From the NCBI GenBank assembly GCA_963727525.1, contig CAVSGO010000005.1:756262-820261 (forward strand): a stretch of DNA of 64,000 bases, written 5' to 3'. The DNA is from an uncultured bacterium (GTDB lineage: Bacteria; Krumholzibacteriota; Krumholzibacteriia; LZORAL124-64-63). Each line of letters starts with the position of its first letter. Position 1 is the stretch's first letter. Position numbers and translations under genes: made by a program. This document shows positions 32,239 to 45,680 of this stretch, one piece after another. The notes beneath the pieces were generated by a model. The model saw only the letters and a program-made list of their open reading frames with translations. It made no database searches and had not been told where the DNA came from.

Positions 32239-34161
32239 TTATTTTTTTGGTAATTGCACTCCCCGTTGTTTGGCCATGTCTTCCAAACGTTTCTGAAACT
32301 TCGATTTTTTAACGGTCTTCTTCTTATTCACCTGCAGTTGTGCTCTTATCTTATCTTCATCAATAAAAGAACGAATTAAATAGGTTTGACCAATGGTAAT
32401 AACATTGGCAAGAAAATAATAATAACTCAATCCTGCAGAGTAATTATTCAGAATAAAAAGAAACATAATCGGCATCAGGTACATCATGGTTTTCATTCCC
32501 GGCATTCCCTGACTTGAGTTGCCTGCTGGTTCATTTTGGTTGAAATAATGGTGGTAACAGTCATTAAAAGAACAAACAAACTAACATGGTTGCCATAAAA
32601 TGGTATACTAAAAGGAAGATTCAAAATAGAATCGTAAGTGGATAAATCGTGTGCCCATAAAAAGCTTTCCTGCCTCAGTTCAATCGAAGTTGGAAAGAAA
32701 AAGAACATGGCAATTAAAATCGGAAACTGCAACACCATGGGCAAACATCCTCCCATTGGATTTACTCCGGCTTTTTTATACAATGCCATGGTTGCCTGCT
32801 GTTTTTCCATGGCTTTGTCTTTCCCGAATTTACTGTTCAATTCATCAATTTCAGGTTTCAATGCGCGCATTTTTGCCTGAGACATATATGATTTGTAGGT
32901 AAATGGAAACAAAAGTGTTTTAATAAAAATGGTAAGCAACAAAATAATTATTCCAAAATTATTGATGTATCTTGCGAAGGAAATTAAATACCGGAATAAT
33001 CAGATATTTATTACAGGCCGCACAATGGCATATCCCAGATAAACCATGCGTTCCAGGTTTAAATCGCTGTATTGTTTCAGTGTTTGATAATGATTTGGTC
33101 CAAAATAAAATTGCATTCCAACCTGCTCATTGGCAGTTCCTTCATAAGGAATAGCAATATCAGCATAAAAATTAGCAAGATATTTCGGGTCATCCTCAAA
33201 TTTTGTTGAACGAACAAAAGCATTCGGAAAAGATTCGTCGGCAATAATTGTTGAATTAAAAAACAATTGTTTAAAACCAATCCATTTTACTCTTGTATTC
33301 AGATTTTCTTCATCCGATTTATTTTGTGAAAGATTATCCACTTCATCTTCGTAAAATTTATAGGTAATGTTGGTATACCGATCTTCACCAAACCTTGAAG
33401 GCCTTTCCTGTCGCGGAACATCAAAAGCCCAGTTAAAATTCAGATACGATTGGTTGGATGCAATATAATTGTTCATACCCTGCATATTGAAATCGAAATC
33501 AACCATGATAGGAATTATATGGAAGGGTGTAAACATATTCCAGATATTGTCCCGGCGCCAGTTCCAAGCGGAAATTAATGGATTCTGTGCCTCCCGGATT
33601 TTCTTCATTGAATTTAATTTTGCCCTCATTCGCCCGTTTTACCTGGCGGACCGTTAACTACAATATCTTTTTCTGTGTAGAAGTCTTAAAATAAAGCTGA
33701 TCGGTTTGAATACTTCTGTTTTGGGAAAAGAAATTAAGGCCAAATTCAGTATTGTCGCCATCAAAAAGAATGAGCGGAGTGAATCATATGTTTTATAATC
33801 TTTTAATTCTACCGAATAAATTCTTCCGCCTTTGTTGGTAAAAGTTATTTTCATCAAATTATTTTCCAGCGTATAAAATTGTTCTTCGCCAATTGCAGCT
33901 TTTCCAAATACACCAAATTGATCTAGTTTTTTGCTGAACATTGTTTGCTTCACGCAGCAGAATCGGCGCTGCTGCATTTCCTTCGTTCTGTCAAATTTTG
34001 TTGCTGTTCCTGTTCCAGTTGCGCTGCTTTTTCAGCTTCAACCTGTGCAATGGAATCGCTGTCTGTGTTTTGCTGCTTCAATTTCTTCCTGCGATGGCCG
34101 GTTGATAATTGAAAATACGACCAGTATCGCGAAAATCATTACGATTCCAATTATTGAATTT

Positions 34162-34169
<8 letters not shown>
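32239..34169 (-). CDS. yidC: Membrane protein insertase YidC (frameshifted)
   Basis: MDRNSIIG start, [18 protein letters not shown] and GLSYYY. Confidence 0.93.
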
Positions 34170-35785
<1,616 letters not shown>

Positions 35786-36531
35786 TTCTATATTTTTTAG
35801 GTTTTTAAAAGCCACAAAATTAATCATTAAAAGTTATTTGAAAACTAAACCACAATTAAATTGAATATGGATTGAGATAAAATAACCCCGGATTTGTTTT
35901 CCCATAAAATGTAGTTTAACAATAATGAATCCGATTTTCCTTTAAAAATTATGAATTATCATTATTTATTCAGTATAGTCTTAAAACTGATGTTATACAA
36001 TCCTGTTACATACAAATTCAACATTAATACAATTGTAAATAATACTCATTACAAATGTATATTAATTTGTATTTCAGCAAAATACAAATTAATTCAGGAT
36101 TGGATAATTTTATATAAAATGCATTGCCAGTTTGCATTTGGAAATCTGTATTCATGTTTATCATTAATTCTTTCACAAAAAAAATTACTGATTTATACAG
36201 GAAAACGATGAATTTCTTTAAAAATCAGGTAGAGAAAAGATAAAAAATAGACAAAGCATTTCATAAATAATCTGTATCAGAATAAATGCAAAGAAGCAGC
36301 CATAATAACAGCATACATGAAATAAACAGGAGCATAACAACATTGAGCAGACAATGGGCTGTCTTCTATCAGAAAGTTTTGGCACGACCTCTTATTAGAG
36401 GAGTTCCTGAAGCGTTTTCTCCCCTTTCCGGCATTGCCATCTCTATACCAACAATACATACGGACGAATTTAATCCGACGATAGTAAAGACCTGGTACAG
36501 ACTTTATATAGCCTTGATATAATGAAGAAAT

Positions 36532-36669
36532 ATTAATTCCGTATTAACTCCGTATCAAATTCGAATTATACTCGTATCAAATTCGCATTAAATTCGCGAA
36601 ATCGCGAATTTAATGCGAATTTAGTCCGAATTTAATACGAAGAAGATTCGAAAATAATACGTATTTGGT
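36532..36669. repeat. Symmetric array of 6+6 degenerate 11-mers around a perfect 21-bp inverted repeat
   Basis: Six ATYAAWTTCGY-like units at 36532-36597 and six inverted units at 36604-36669. Perfect arms at 36579-36599 and 36602-36622. Confidence 0.85.
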
Positions 36670-36924
36670 ATAACGTTGAAGTATAGCTTTAGTAGAGTCT
36701 TGGTAATGTAAAATGGAAGGTAGCGATGAACCTGCACAAAACTGCTTTTGGTGATTAAAACAGAATTCCGTTTTATTCATCCGATAGTGTATTTTAAAAA
36801 ACAAACGATAATGCAGTTGCCTATATCCACCTGTTCAATGGGACTATCGGGCAACTCCTTAAAACAATAAAGCCATTTGTCGATTGATAAATGGCTTTAT
36901 TTCAGATTAAGAGAAATTGTTTTG

Positions 36925-37430
36925 TTAATGAAATTCATTTTTCAATTGTTCCACCCATTTTTTTACTCTTTCATTGGTAAGCCGCGCCTGATTTTCCTGG
37001 TCAACCGGCAATCCAACAAATTCACCATTGCGTTCGGCTTTCGATGATTCGTAATTGTATCCTTCAAGGGGAGTATGCCCAACAACTTTACCGCCACAAT
37101 TTTCAATGATTTCCACTAAAATTCCAATGGCATCACAAAAGTTTTCAGGATAACCTTTTTGATCTCCCAAACCAAAAACTGCAAAGTTCTTATCTTTTAA
37201 ATCCATTTCTTCCAAATCAGGAACAAATTCATCCCAGTAATTGGGTAATTCACCATCGAACCAGGTTGGAGCACTTAAAATAAAATTATCATATTTTTCG
37301 AAAACCTCTATTGAAAGCTCCTCTGCATTAACAGCTTCAATTTTTGAGTCATCAAATTCTCAATTATTTTTTCGGCAACTTTTTTTGATTTTTGTGTATT
37401 GAAACTATATATGATTGCTGTTTTACTCAT
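36925..37430 (-). CDS. Flavodoxin (frameshifted)
   Basis: APTWFDGELP, AVFGLGDQ..YPENFCDA and GLPVDQEN. Confidence 0.9.
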
Positions 37431-37442
37431 ATTATACAAATT

Positions 37443-39496
37443 TTAATAAACGATTAATTCTTTTGCTGCATTATAAATTTTTTCGGCATTTGGAAAAATT
37501 GCCTGTTCCAGAATTCTATTGAATCCAACCGGAGTAAATGTTGAACCAACTCGTTTAACCGGAGCATCAAGAAATTCAAAAAGCTTTTTCGGCAATAATT
37601 GCACTGATTTCGCCACCAAAACCTCCATATACTTTATCTTCGTGCACAACCAAAACTTTATTTGTTTTTTTAACCGACTTTTCAATGGTTTCTTCATCCA
37701 GCGGAACAAGTGATCTTAAATCGATAACTTCCACACTCACACCTTCCTTTCCAGTTTTTCCGCAGCATTTAAACTTAAATGTGTAGTATTTCCGTAAGTA
37801 ATAATTGTAAGATCTGTACCTTCTCTGCGAATTCTTGCTTTTCCAAACGGCACTTCAAAATCATCGGGAACAACAGTTGCAGCTTTTGGATCCTGGTACA
37901 ATGCTTTTGGTTCCATAAACATGGTCAATCCTCTGGAACGGATGGCAGTACGCAACAAACCTGCTGCATCATCTGCAAAAGAAGGATAAACAATACGTAC
38001 TCCCGGAATTGCAACCAAAGAACCTTCGATATTTTGCGAATGATACATTCCACCGCCAATATACCCACCGGAAGCAAGCCTGATTGACTATGTTTGGTGA
38101 AAATTTTCCATTGGAGCGCCAGTAATCATGACTGGTATCAACATACTGTTCCATTGCCGGCCAGAAATAATCTGCAAATTCAGCACCTTCCACCACTACT
38201 CTTATTTTATCGTTATATCGTCGACATTCCATTTGCAGTTCCCATAATAAAATCTTCGGCAATTGGTGCATTAAACACTCTTTTCTTACCAAATTCCTGT
38301 TGCATTCCTTTGGAAACATTGAAAATTCCACCTTTATCTTTATTGGCCATATCCTGTCCCCAGATAAATGTATCCGGATTTAACCTGAATTCTGCTTTTA
38401 AGGTTTCATTCAATGCAGTTATCAGTTTTTTCTTTATACCTTCCTGATTATGAATTCCATCAGGATATTTTTCCGCAATGATAAGGTTCGGGCAGAACAA
38501 AATCAAAAATGGAATCAGGATGAAGGATCGGGCGCTTTTAATGCTGCTTTATGTGCATCTTTTATAATTTGTTTTGTTTCTTCTTCAATAGCTTGAATTT
38601 CTTCTTCAGTAAAACGTTTGTACCGAATCAACATCCGTCTGAATTTTGCCAGCGGATCGTACTCTTCAACATAATTTCTTTCCGACTGACTGCGATAAAG
38701 CAAATGATCGTCGGAATTGGAATGAGAATGCATCCGGATACAATTTGCCTGCAAAACAACAGGCATCGATTCTTCAATCGCAATTCGTTTTGCTTCGGCC
38801 ATCGCATTCATCGAATCAAAAACATCTTTTCCGTTGCAATGAATAATTCGCAGATTTTTAAATCCGGTAAAATTATTTGCTACTTTTCGTTGTGCAGTCT
38901 GATCTTTTTTAGGAACAGAAATTCCATATCCATTATCCTGAATAACAAAAATAACAGGTAATTTTTCTTTGTCGGCGCCATTAAATGCTTCATAAACATA
39001 CCCTTCACTAACTGATGATTCCCCTTGTCCGCTAATTGCAACTGCTTTTTCGCCATAATATTTAATAGCTCTGGCAACACCCACTGCATGCAAGTGTATG
39101 ATTTCCGGTTGATGAGGAAACAGTGTGAATATTCCATTCAGGTTTTGCAAAATGGTTCGACATGTGCCTTCCGCCACTGGATGGATCAGTTGCTTTTGAA
39201 ATTCCGTTAAGAATTATCTCTTCCGCAGTCATTCCGGCCGAAAGTGCAGATAACATATCGCGGTAATACAAAAATAGATGGTCTTTCTTTTTTTCAAAAT
39301 GCTGCCCAACAGCCAGTTGAATTCCATCGTGACCGGCATAAGGTGCATGATACGACCAACCAATGGCCTGTTTTAAATAATTGGGCGCTTTATTGTCAAT
39401 CGCCCTTCCAATGGTCATTAATCTATACCATTTTTCAAGTGTTTCTTTTGGAGTTTTTTTAATGGAATAAATTTTTGGTATCTCTAATTCTTTCAT
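37443..39496 (-). CDS. 2-oxoacid dehydrogenase E1, fused alpha/beta (branched-chain type; frameshifted)
   Basis: GESSVSEG...QDNGYGISVP TPP motif, HSNSDD, FNAPIAE, YHSQ and EPKALY. Confidence 0.9.
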
Positions 39497-39504
39497 ATTA
39501 AACT

Positions 39505-40824
39505 TTAAATTGAACGGTTTAAATCAAATTGTTCCAGGTTATCAGCAATTTTTCGGAGAAATGCACCTCCAAGCGCTCCATCAACAATACGATGATCGTA
39601 TGAAAGTGATAAAAACATTTTATGCCTGATAACAATGGCATCTCCGGTTGGTGTTTCCATAACAGCCGGTTTTTTCTCAATACTTCCGGTAGCCAGAATT
39701 GCAACCTGGGGCTGGTTAATAATTGGTGTTCCGATTAAATTCCGGAACGAACCAAAATTGGTTATAGTAAATGTACCGCCCTGAATTTCTTCGGGTGAAA
39801 GTTTATTATTTCGTGCTGCAACCGCCAGACGATTCATTTCTTTTGTTAATCCAACAATATTTTTTTGTTCCGAATTTTTAATTACCGGGACAATCAGATT
39901 TCCATCGGGCTTGGCAACTGCAACACCGATATTGATATTTTTTCTCAGAATAATTTTATCGCCATCAACAGAAGAATTTACCATCGGAAATTCAGCTAAA
40001 GCTGCTAGCAGTTGCTTCAATAAAAAATGGCATGAACGTTATTTTTTCGCCATATTTATTTTGAAAAGCATCTTTATTTTTATTCCGCCAGAAAACCAAT
40101 TCGGTAACATCTGCTTCAACAACAGAAGTAACATGTGGCGAAACCTGCTTCGACATTACCATATGATCGGCAATTAATTTGCGAACCCTGCCCATTTCAA
40201 CAATTTGATCTTCTGCTCCAACAGATACTGGTACCGGTGCCGAAGTTTTTTGGTTTCAAAAAACGGAGCTCCCGATGCAGTTATTTCTTCTGCTTTACGC
40301 GATTCGAGTTTTGCTTTTAGTTGCTCTGTTTTCGATATAATCCAGAATATCTTTTTTCTGAACCCGTCCATTTGCTCCCGAATCCTTCTATTGTTTCCAG
40401 TTCTTCCGACTGAAATATTTTCTTCTTTGGCAATGGTTCTTACCAAAGGTGAATAAAAACGATTCGATAATTTTCTGCTGTCGACAACTGTTTTTTCTTC
40501 CTGGTTCTTCAATTTCCACATTTGCTTTTTCAGCCTGAAGTTCCTCTTTTTCCGTTTCCGGAACTACTTCTGCATCTTCTTCCCTTCCATATTTAATATA
40601 GCTACAACTTCGCCAACCGGAACCAGACTGTCAACCGGAAACAATATTTTAGTCACAATACCATCAACAGGAGAAGGAATTTCAGAATCAACTTTATCTG
40701 TTGCAACTTCAAACAACATATCATCTTCTTCAATGGTATCTCCTTCTTTTACAAACCATTTGGTGATTGTGCCTTCCTGAATACTTTCCCCAAGTTTAGG
40801 CATTACAATTTCAAATTTCGACAT
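39505..40824 (-). CDS. Dihydrolipoamide acyltransferase E2 (frameshifted)
   Basis: Lipoyl domain EVATDKVDSE, YSPLVR, PIINQPQ and DHRIVDG. Confidence 0.92.
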
Positions 40825-41060
40825 CGTTTTTTATGATTTATTATTCGGTTAATTGCTATTTACGCCTTATTAAACATAACTAAAATTGAAATGTTCACAT
40901 TGCAATTTTGTTTTAAATCAGTCATTTAAATATTTCATTTAATACCTAAATTTAAAAGCTAACTTACTTCAACAACAAATATTTGAATTAAAAAGGCTAT
41001 AAAAAGAACAATTAAAATGAATACTGTATTTTGTAAAAAATCAGATTCCTGCAATGCAGT

Positions 41061-41973
41061 TTACATTTGTAATGCACCAATTAATTCACTGGCTGACTGT
41101 AATTTATGTCGTTCAAGATATTCGTTTATTCCTTCAATAATTTTTAAAGGAATAAACGGATCTTTAAAAATTGCTGTTCCAACCTGCACCGAAGTTGCAC
41201 CGGCAAGCATGAATTCAATAGCATCGGCAGTATTCATAATTCCTCCCATTCCAATAATTGGAATTTTAACTGCATGATAAACCTGCCAAACCATCCGCAA
41301 CGCAATCGGTTTAATTGCCGGGCCCGACAAACCACCGGTTATTGTCGATAATAATGGAATACGTTTTTCTGCAGTCGATTGCCATACCCAAAAAAGTATT
41401 TACCAGCGAAACACTATCAGCTCCCTGTCCTTCCACTGCTTTTGCAATTTCAGTAATGTCAGTAACATTAGGCGACAGTTTTACAATGAGAGTTTTATTA
41501 TACGCTTTTCTTACTTCGCTTGTAACTGCCTCAGCACTTGGACAACTTACACCAAAAGCCATTCCGCCTTCCTTTACATTTGGACACGAAATGTTTAATT
41601 CTATTGCAGGAATTTTCTCCAGTTCATTTACTTTTTCTGTAACTTCAATATACTCTTCAACTGTTGATCCATTTACATTAACAATGAGTGGTGTATTATA
41701 ATTCTTAATCCGTGGATAAATATGTTCAATAAAATAATCGATTCCTTTATTTTGTAAACCAACTGCATTTAACATTCCGGAAGGAGTTTCAGCCATCCTT
41801 GGATAATTATTTCCATCGCGATTTCGCGGTGTTGTTCCTTTCAAAAAAATACCTCCAACCTGCGAAACATCATAAAAATCGTTCATTTCCTCCGCAAATC
41901 CACAAGTTCCGGAAGCCAGCATCACCGGGTTTTTCAATGTAAGATTATGTAATTTTACACTTAAATCTGCCAT
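41061..41973 (-). CDS. pyrD: Dihydroorotate dehydrogenase class 1B catalytic subunit (frameshifted)
   Basis: [24 protein letters not shown] and SGPAIKP. Confidence 0.93.
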
Positions 41974-42745
41974 TTTAAATCTTTAATATTGAATACAGGA
42001 CCTTCTGTACAAACACATAAATTACCTTTTACAGTAGGTTCAATACAGCACAAACAAACACCAAACCCACAAGCCATCAGGTTTTCGAGTGAAACTTCGC
42101 AAAAAACATCAGCGGCTTTTGCATCTTTTGCAACAGCTTTCATCATTTGTTCAGGGCCACAGGCATAAATTTTATTATATGACTGCAAATTTTTTTATAC
42201 ATCGAATGATGAATAACAAATCCTTTTTCACCCAGTGATCCATCTTCTGTTGTAAAATGAAAATTTCCATAACTTACGGTATTCTTCAATATCAATATGA
42301 TCTTCTTTTGTGCGTGCTCCAAGCAATATATCAACATTTTCTAACGGTAAATCTTGCTTCTTTTGCAAGAAAAAGCATTGGTGCAACACCACTTCCTCCA
42401 CCAATCAGCAAAATTTTATCGTTTTATTCAGGAAATGTAAAATTTTTACCGAGCGGATAAATCAGATTTAAAAGTTCTCCGGATTTCATTTCTGTTAGTT
42501 TTTTAGAACCCCGCCCTAATATTTTTACAATTAATTGATAACGTATTTGAGTTATAATCTACTTCAAATATTGAAAAAGGACGGCGTAAAAAAATTTCAC
42601 TGGTATTTTTAACTTCAATATTAACAAACTGCCCGGGTTTTACAGTTGGTAATGTATTGTCAGTTTTTAAACGGAGTAAAAAATTGGTTGTATTTAATGG
42701 ATATTTTCAACTACAATAAAATCTGCAACCGACTTCTTATACCAT
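41961..42745 (-). CDS. pyrK: Dihydroorotate dehydrogenase electron-transfer subunit (frameshifted)
   Basis: [20 protein letters not shown] and [11 protein letters not shown]...C 2Fe-2S motif. Confidence 0.9.
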
Positions 42746-42829
42746 TACCAAATATATTTGCGGCAAAGATATAGAAATATTTATTTTACCCTATTCTTGA
42801 AAAAACGTAGTATGTTCAAATTAAATTCA

Positions 42830-42963
42830 AATAAAAAAGACCGTTAAAAAATTAACGGTCTTTTATCTTCTGTTTAACTCTGGTAACTAACTAAACTAAA
42901 ACTTACTTGGGTTTGCAAATCTAAACTATATTAATTTTACCATCCTGTCGTTGTAATATTGTA
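42830..42963 (-). ncRNA. Candidate small RNA of about 130 nt
   Basis: Consensus Bacteroidota promoter immediately upstream. Only a 5-codon ORF inside. Ends at a 13-bp hairpin (42835-42864) with a T-run. Confidence 0.55.
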
Positions 42964-42968
42964 CAGTA

Positions 42969-42999
42969 CAAATGTAAACATTAAATTTACATTTGCAAA
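42969..42999 (-). promoter_or_regulatory. Bacteroidota housekeeping promoter TTTG-N19-TACATTTG with an overlapping inverted repeat
   Basis: TTTG at 42999-42996 and TACATTTG at 42976-42969. Inverted repeat CAAATGTAAA/TTTACATTTG at 42969-42995. Confidence 0.75.
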
Positions 43000-43264
43000 C
43001 TTTTAAGGCAAAATATTTTTATATTGTAGAACATTTTTTGTTGACATAAGTAACAAAAATACAAATTGAGAATTATTCAGGTTTATACAAAACGAATGTA
43101 CCATCAGAGTGCAACAGTAACACTTTATCCAGAGCCTTTGAATGCGGAGATTGATTCTTTACTTCAGATTGATTATTAAGTTGATGGCTTTTTGTTGTTT
43201 TTAGGTGCCATTTCAGTCTATTTCCGGTGCAAGCTTGCACTGCGGTTGAATTATCCGGATATAT

Positions 43265-43492
43265 TTAAGATTTGGAAGTTTCACTGTTTACCATATTTCC
43301 TTCGCCGGTTAACAACCAGCGTGCATTTAAATCAGGAAATACAAGCAGAAATTTTTCTATAAATGCCGCTCCTGGTTTGTTTCTTCCATTCAGTATATGA
43401 GAGATATTCGAACGCTGTACGTCCAGTTCAGAGGCCAAATCTCCGGCTGATATACCTTTGTAATCGATGAATTGTTTTATTCTGTCTTTCAT
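43265..43492 (-). CDS. XRE-family helix-turn-helix regulator (may extend to about 43075 across a frameshift)
   Basis: VQRSNISHILNGRNKP and NARWLLTGEG. Confidence 0.88.
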   Translation of the reverse strand: MKDRIKQFIDYKGISAGDLASELDVQRSNISHILNGRNKPGAAFIEKFLLVFPDLNARWLLTGEGNMVNSETSKS

Positions 43493-44472
43493 AGTGAAAA
43501 TGCAATAATAGAATTATACAAATGTAATTTTCTTCTTTAACAATTCCAACTTATTCTAAAATATATTTTTGCATAAAATACCCACCAGAAAACAATTGAC
43601 TATACCAGTACATCAGAAAATGCAGTGGTGTATACCTAATTAAGCTTCAAAATACAGAACTTCAAATGACTTTAATTAAGCAATTTTATATACCTGATTT
43701 GAAAACAATTTAATTTTAATTTTAATCCGATATTTAATGAATTTACCCAATTTACATCAAAAAATTACAATAAACTTTAAATAATTACAATTAAATATTT
43801 GATTGAATGAACTTTAAATTTAAAAATCAGATAAGAATAGATGACAGTGAATTTTAGAATTCTGTACATAACTGTATTAACTGGAAATATCGAAACCTTT
43901 CTCCTGATGAATAAATATTCATTTTACAGCAATGGAACATTGAGTGCTCATTCTATAATGTTTACATAACTATACAATTTACGATCTCAAAAACAGTTGC
44001 TTCCCTGGATAAATTATTGCCATTTATTGTTTAGTTATATTTACAAATGGACTGCATAAAGTATTTCCGTGATGTTTAAAATAATAAGAAATTACATAAG
44101 TAGTATTATACTAATGCAAAACAGATTTTACATTTGTAACCATCCATTCTACTTGTGAATCTAAAATGATAAAATGAATTTATTGCATTTAATTTGTATC
44201 ATAAAGTTTTTGAAGAATGAAAATTGGATCATTTATTCTTATGGAAATCATAATTAGATGAAGCTTAATTATTTCCTCACTGGATTTTAACTTTATCCCT
44301 GTTTTCGTTGTATTTTTAACAGGTAAATGCACATAATAATATAAATATTTAATTCTCAGAGGCTAAAAACATGTGAATTTCGCAGTTAATGAACTGAAGT
44401 ATTGAATATTACAATGATTTTTATGATGTGTAGTTTACCGAACAGATTAATTCAAAATCAAATTAAAAACTA

Positions 44473-45680
44473 ATGAGATCATTTGCACTACTCTATATTT
44501 CGTTGTTTTTACTGTTTTATTTTTTAATCACCTTTGGTGCATATAAAAATTTAATACAAATTAACATCGGAAAGGTTTCGAAAAATATCAAATGGATATT
44601 TTGGTCGTATAATTTAATCCTGCTTTTTAGTTTCGTGTTTTTGTACATTTATCCAAATCCAACCCGTACGGCCACGGATTATACTATTTATTTCTATTTT
44701 AATCTGATTCTTTTCATCGACTTTTTTTCAAAAATTCCCTTAACTCTCTCTTTATTAATTCATTATGTGGTTAAAAGAAAAGAAAACGAAAATCCGTTTT
44801 GTATTCCGGATTGATTATTTCGGTTGTCTTATTTTAATTATGATTTCAGGTACTTTTTTGGGCCAAAACAAATTGATGATAAATGAAATTGAAGATTGAA
44901 TTTCCGAATTTACCGGAAAGTTTTGACAACTACAAAATTGCGCAAATATCCGATATTCATTTAGGAAGTTTTTTAAAAACAAATCAGATGTTGGATAAAT
45001 GCACAAGAATGAATATGGAACAAGTTTCAGCCTGATTTGGTTTTGTTTACCGGAGATATGGTTAATAATTTTTCGCGGGAAACCAACGGCTGGGAAGTTC
45101 CATTTAAAAAAATGACAGCAATGTTTTAAGTTTTTCAATATTAGGAAACCATGATTATGGTGATTATACCCGATGGAAAACGCCGCAGGAAAAACAACAA
45201 AATTTACAGGAAATTATTGATGCAGAAGAAAGATTCGGATTCGAACTATTTACGTAATGAAAACGTTGTACTTAAAAATGGTACAGATTCAATTTTTTTG
45301 ATTGGTGTTGAAAACTGGGGACATCCGCCATTTCCGCAATATGCCGATTTGGAAAAGGCCATGATAGGAATTCCAGAAAATGCTTTCATTATTCTGATGT
45401 CGCACGATCCGGCGCACTGGGAATCGAAAATAAAAGATAAAGAACCGATAGAGTTGACATTATCAGGGCATACCCATGGATTTGCAGTGGGGAATAAAAC
45501 CTGCAGGAATTACTTTTAGCATAGCATATTTGACCCGTAAAAACTGGGGAGGAATATACACAGTCGGAAAAAAATATGCTTTACACAAACGTTGGATTGG
45601 GAACAATTGGTATTCCATGGAGAATTGATATGCCTGCTGAACTTACGCTTATTACATTAAAAAGAAGTAAGATTGAGTGA
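44473..45680 (+). CDS. Membrane-anchored metallophosphoesterase (frameshifted)
   Basis: ISDIHLG, TGDMVN, LGNHDY, SHDP and LSGHTHG. Confidence 0.88.

Noticed and set aside
43500..44470. Bacteroidota oriC call
   Set aside because: AT-rich, but I found no canonical TTATCCACA cluster and no dnaA/mnmG neighbour. Left as an untested possibility.
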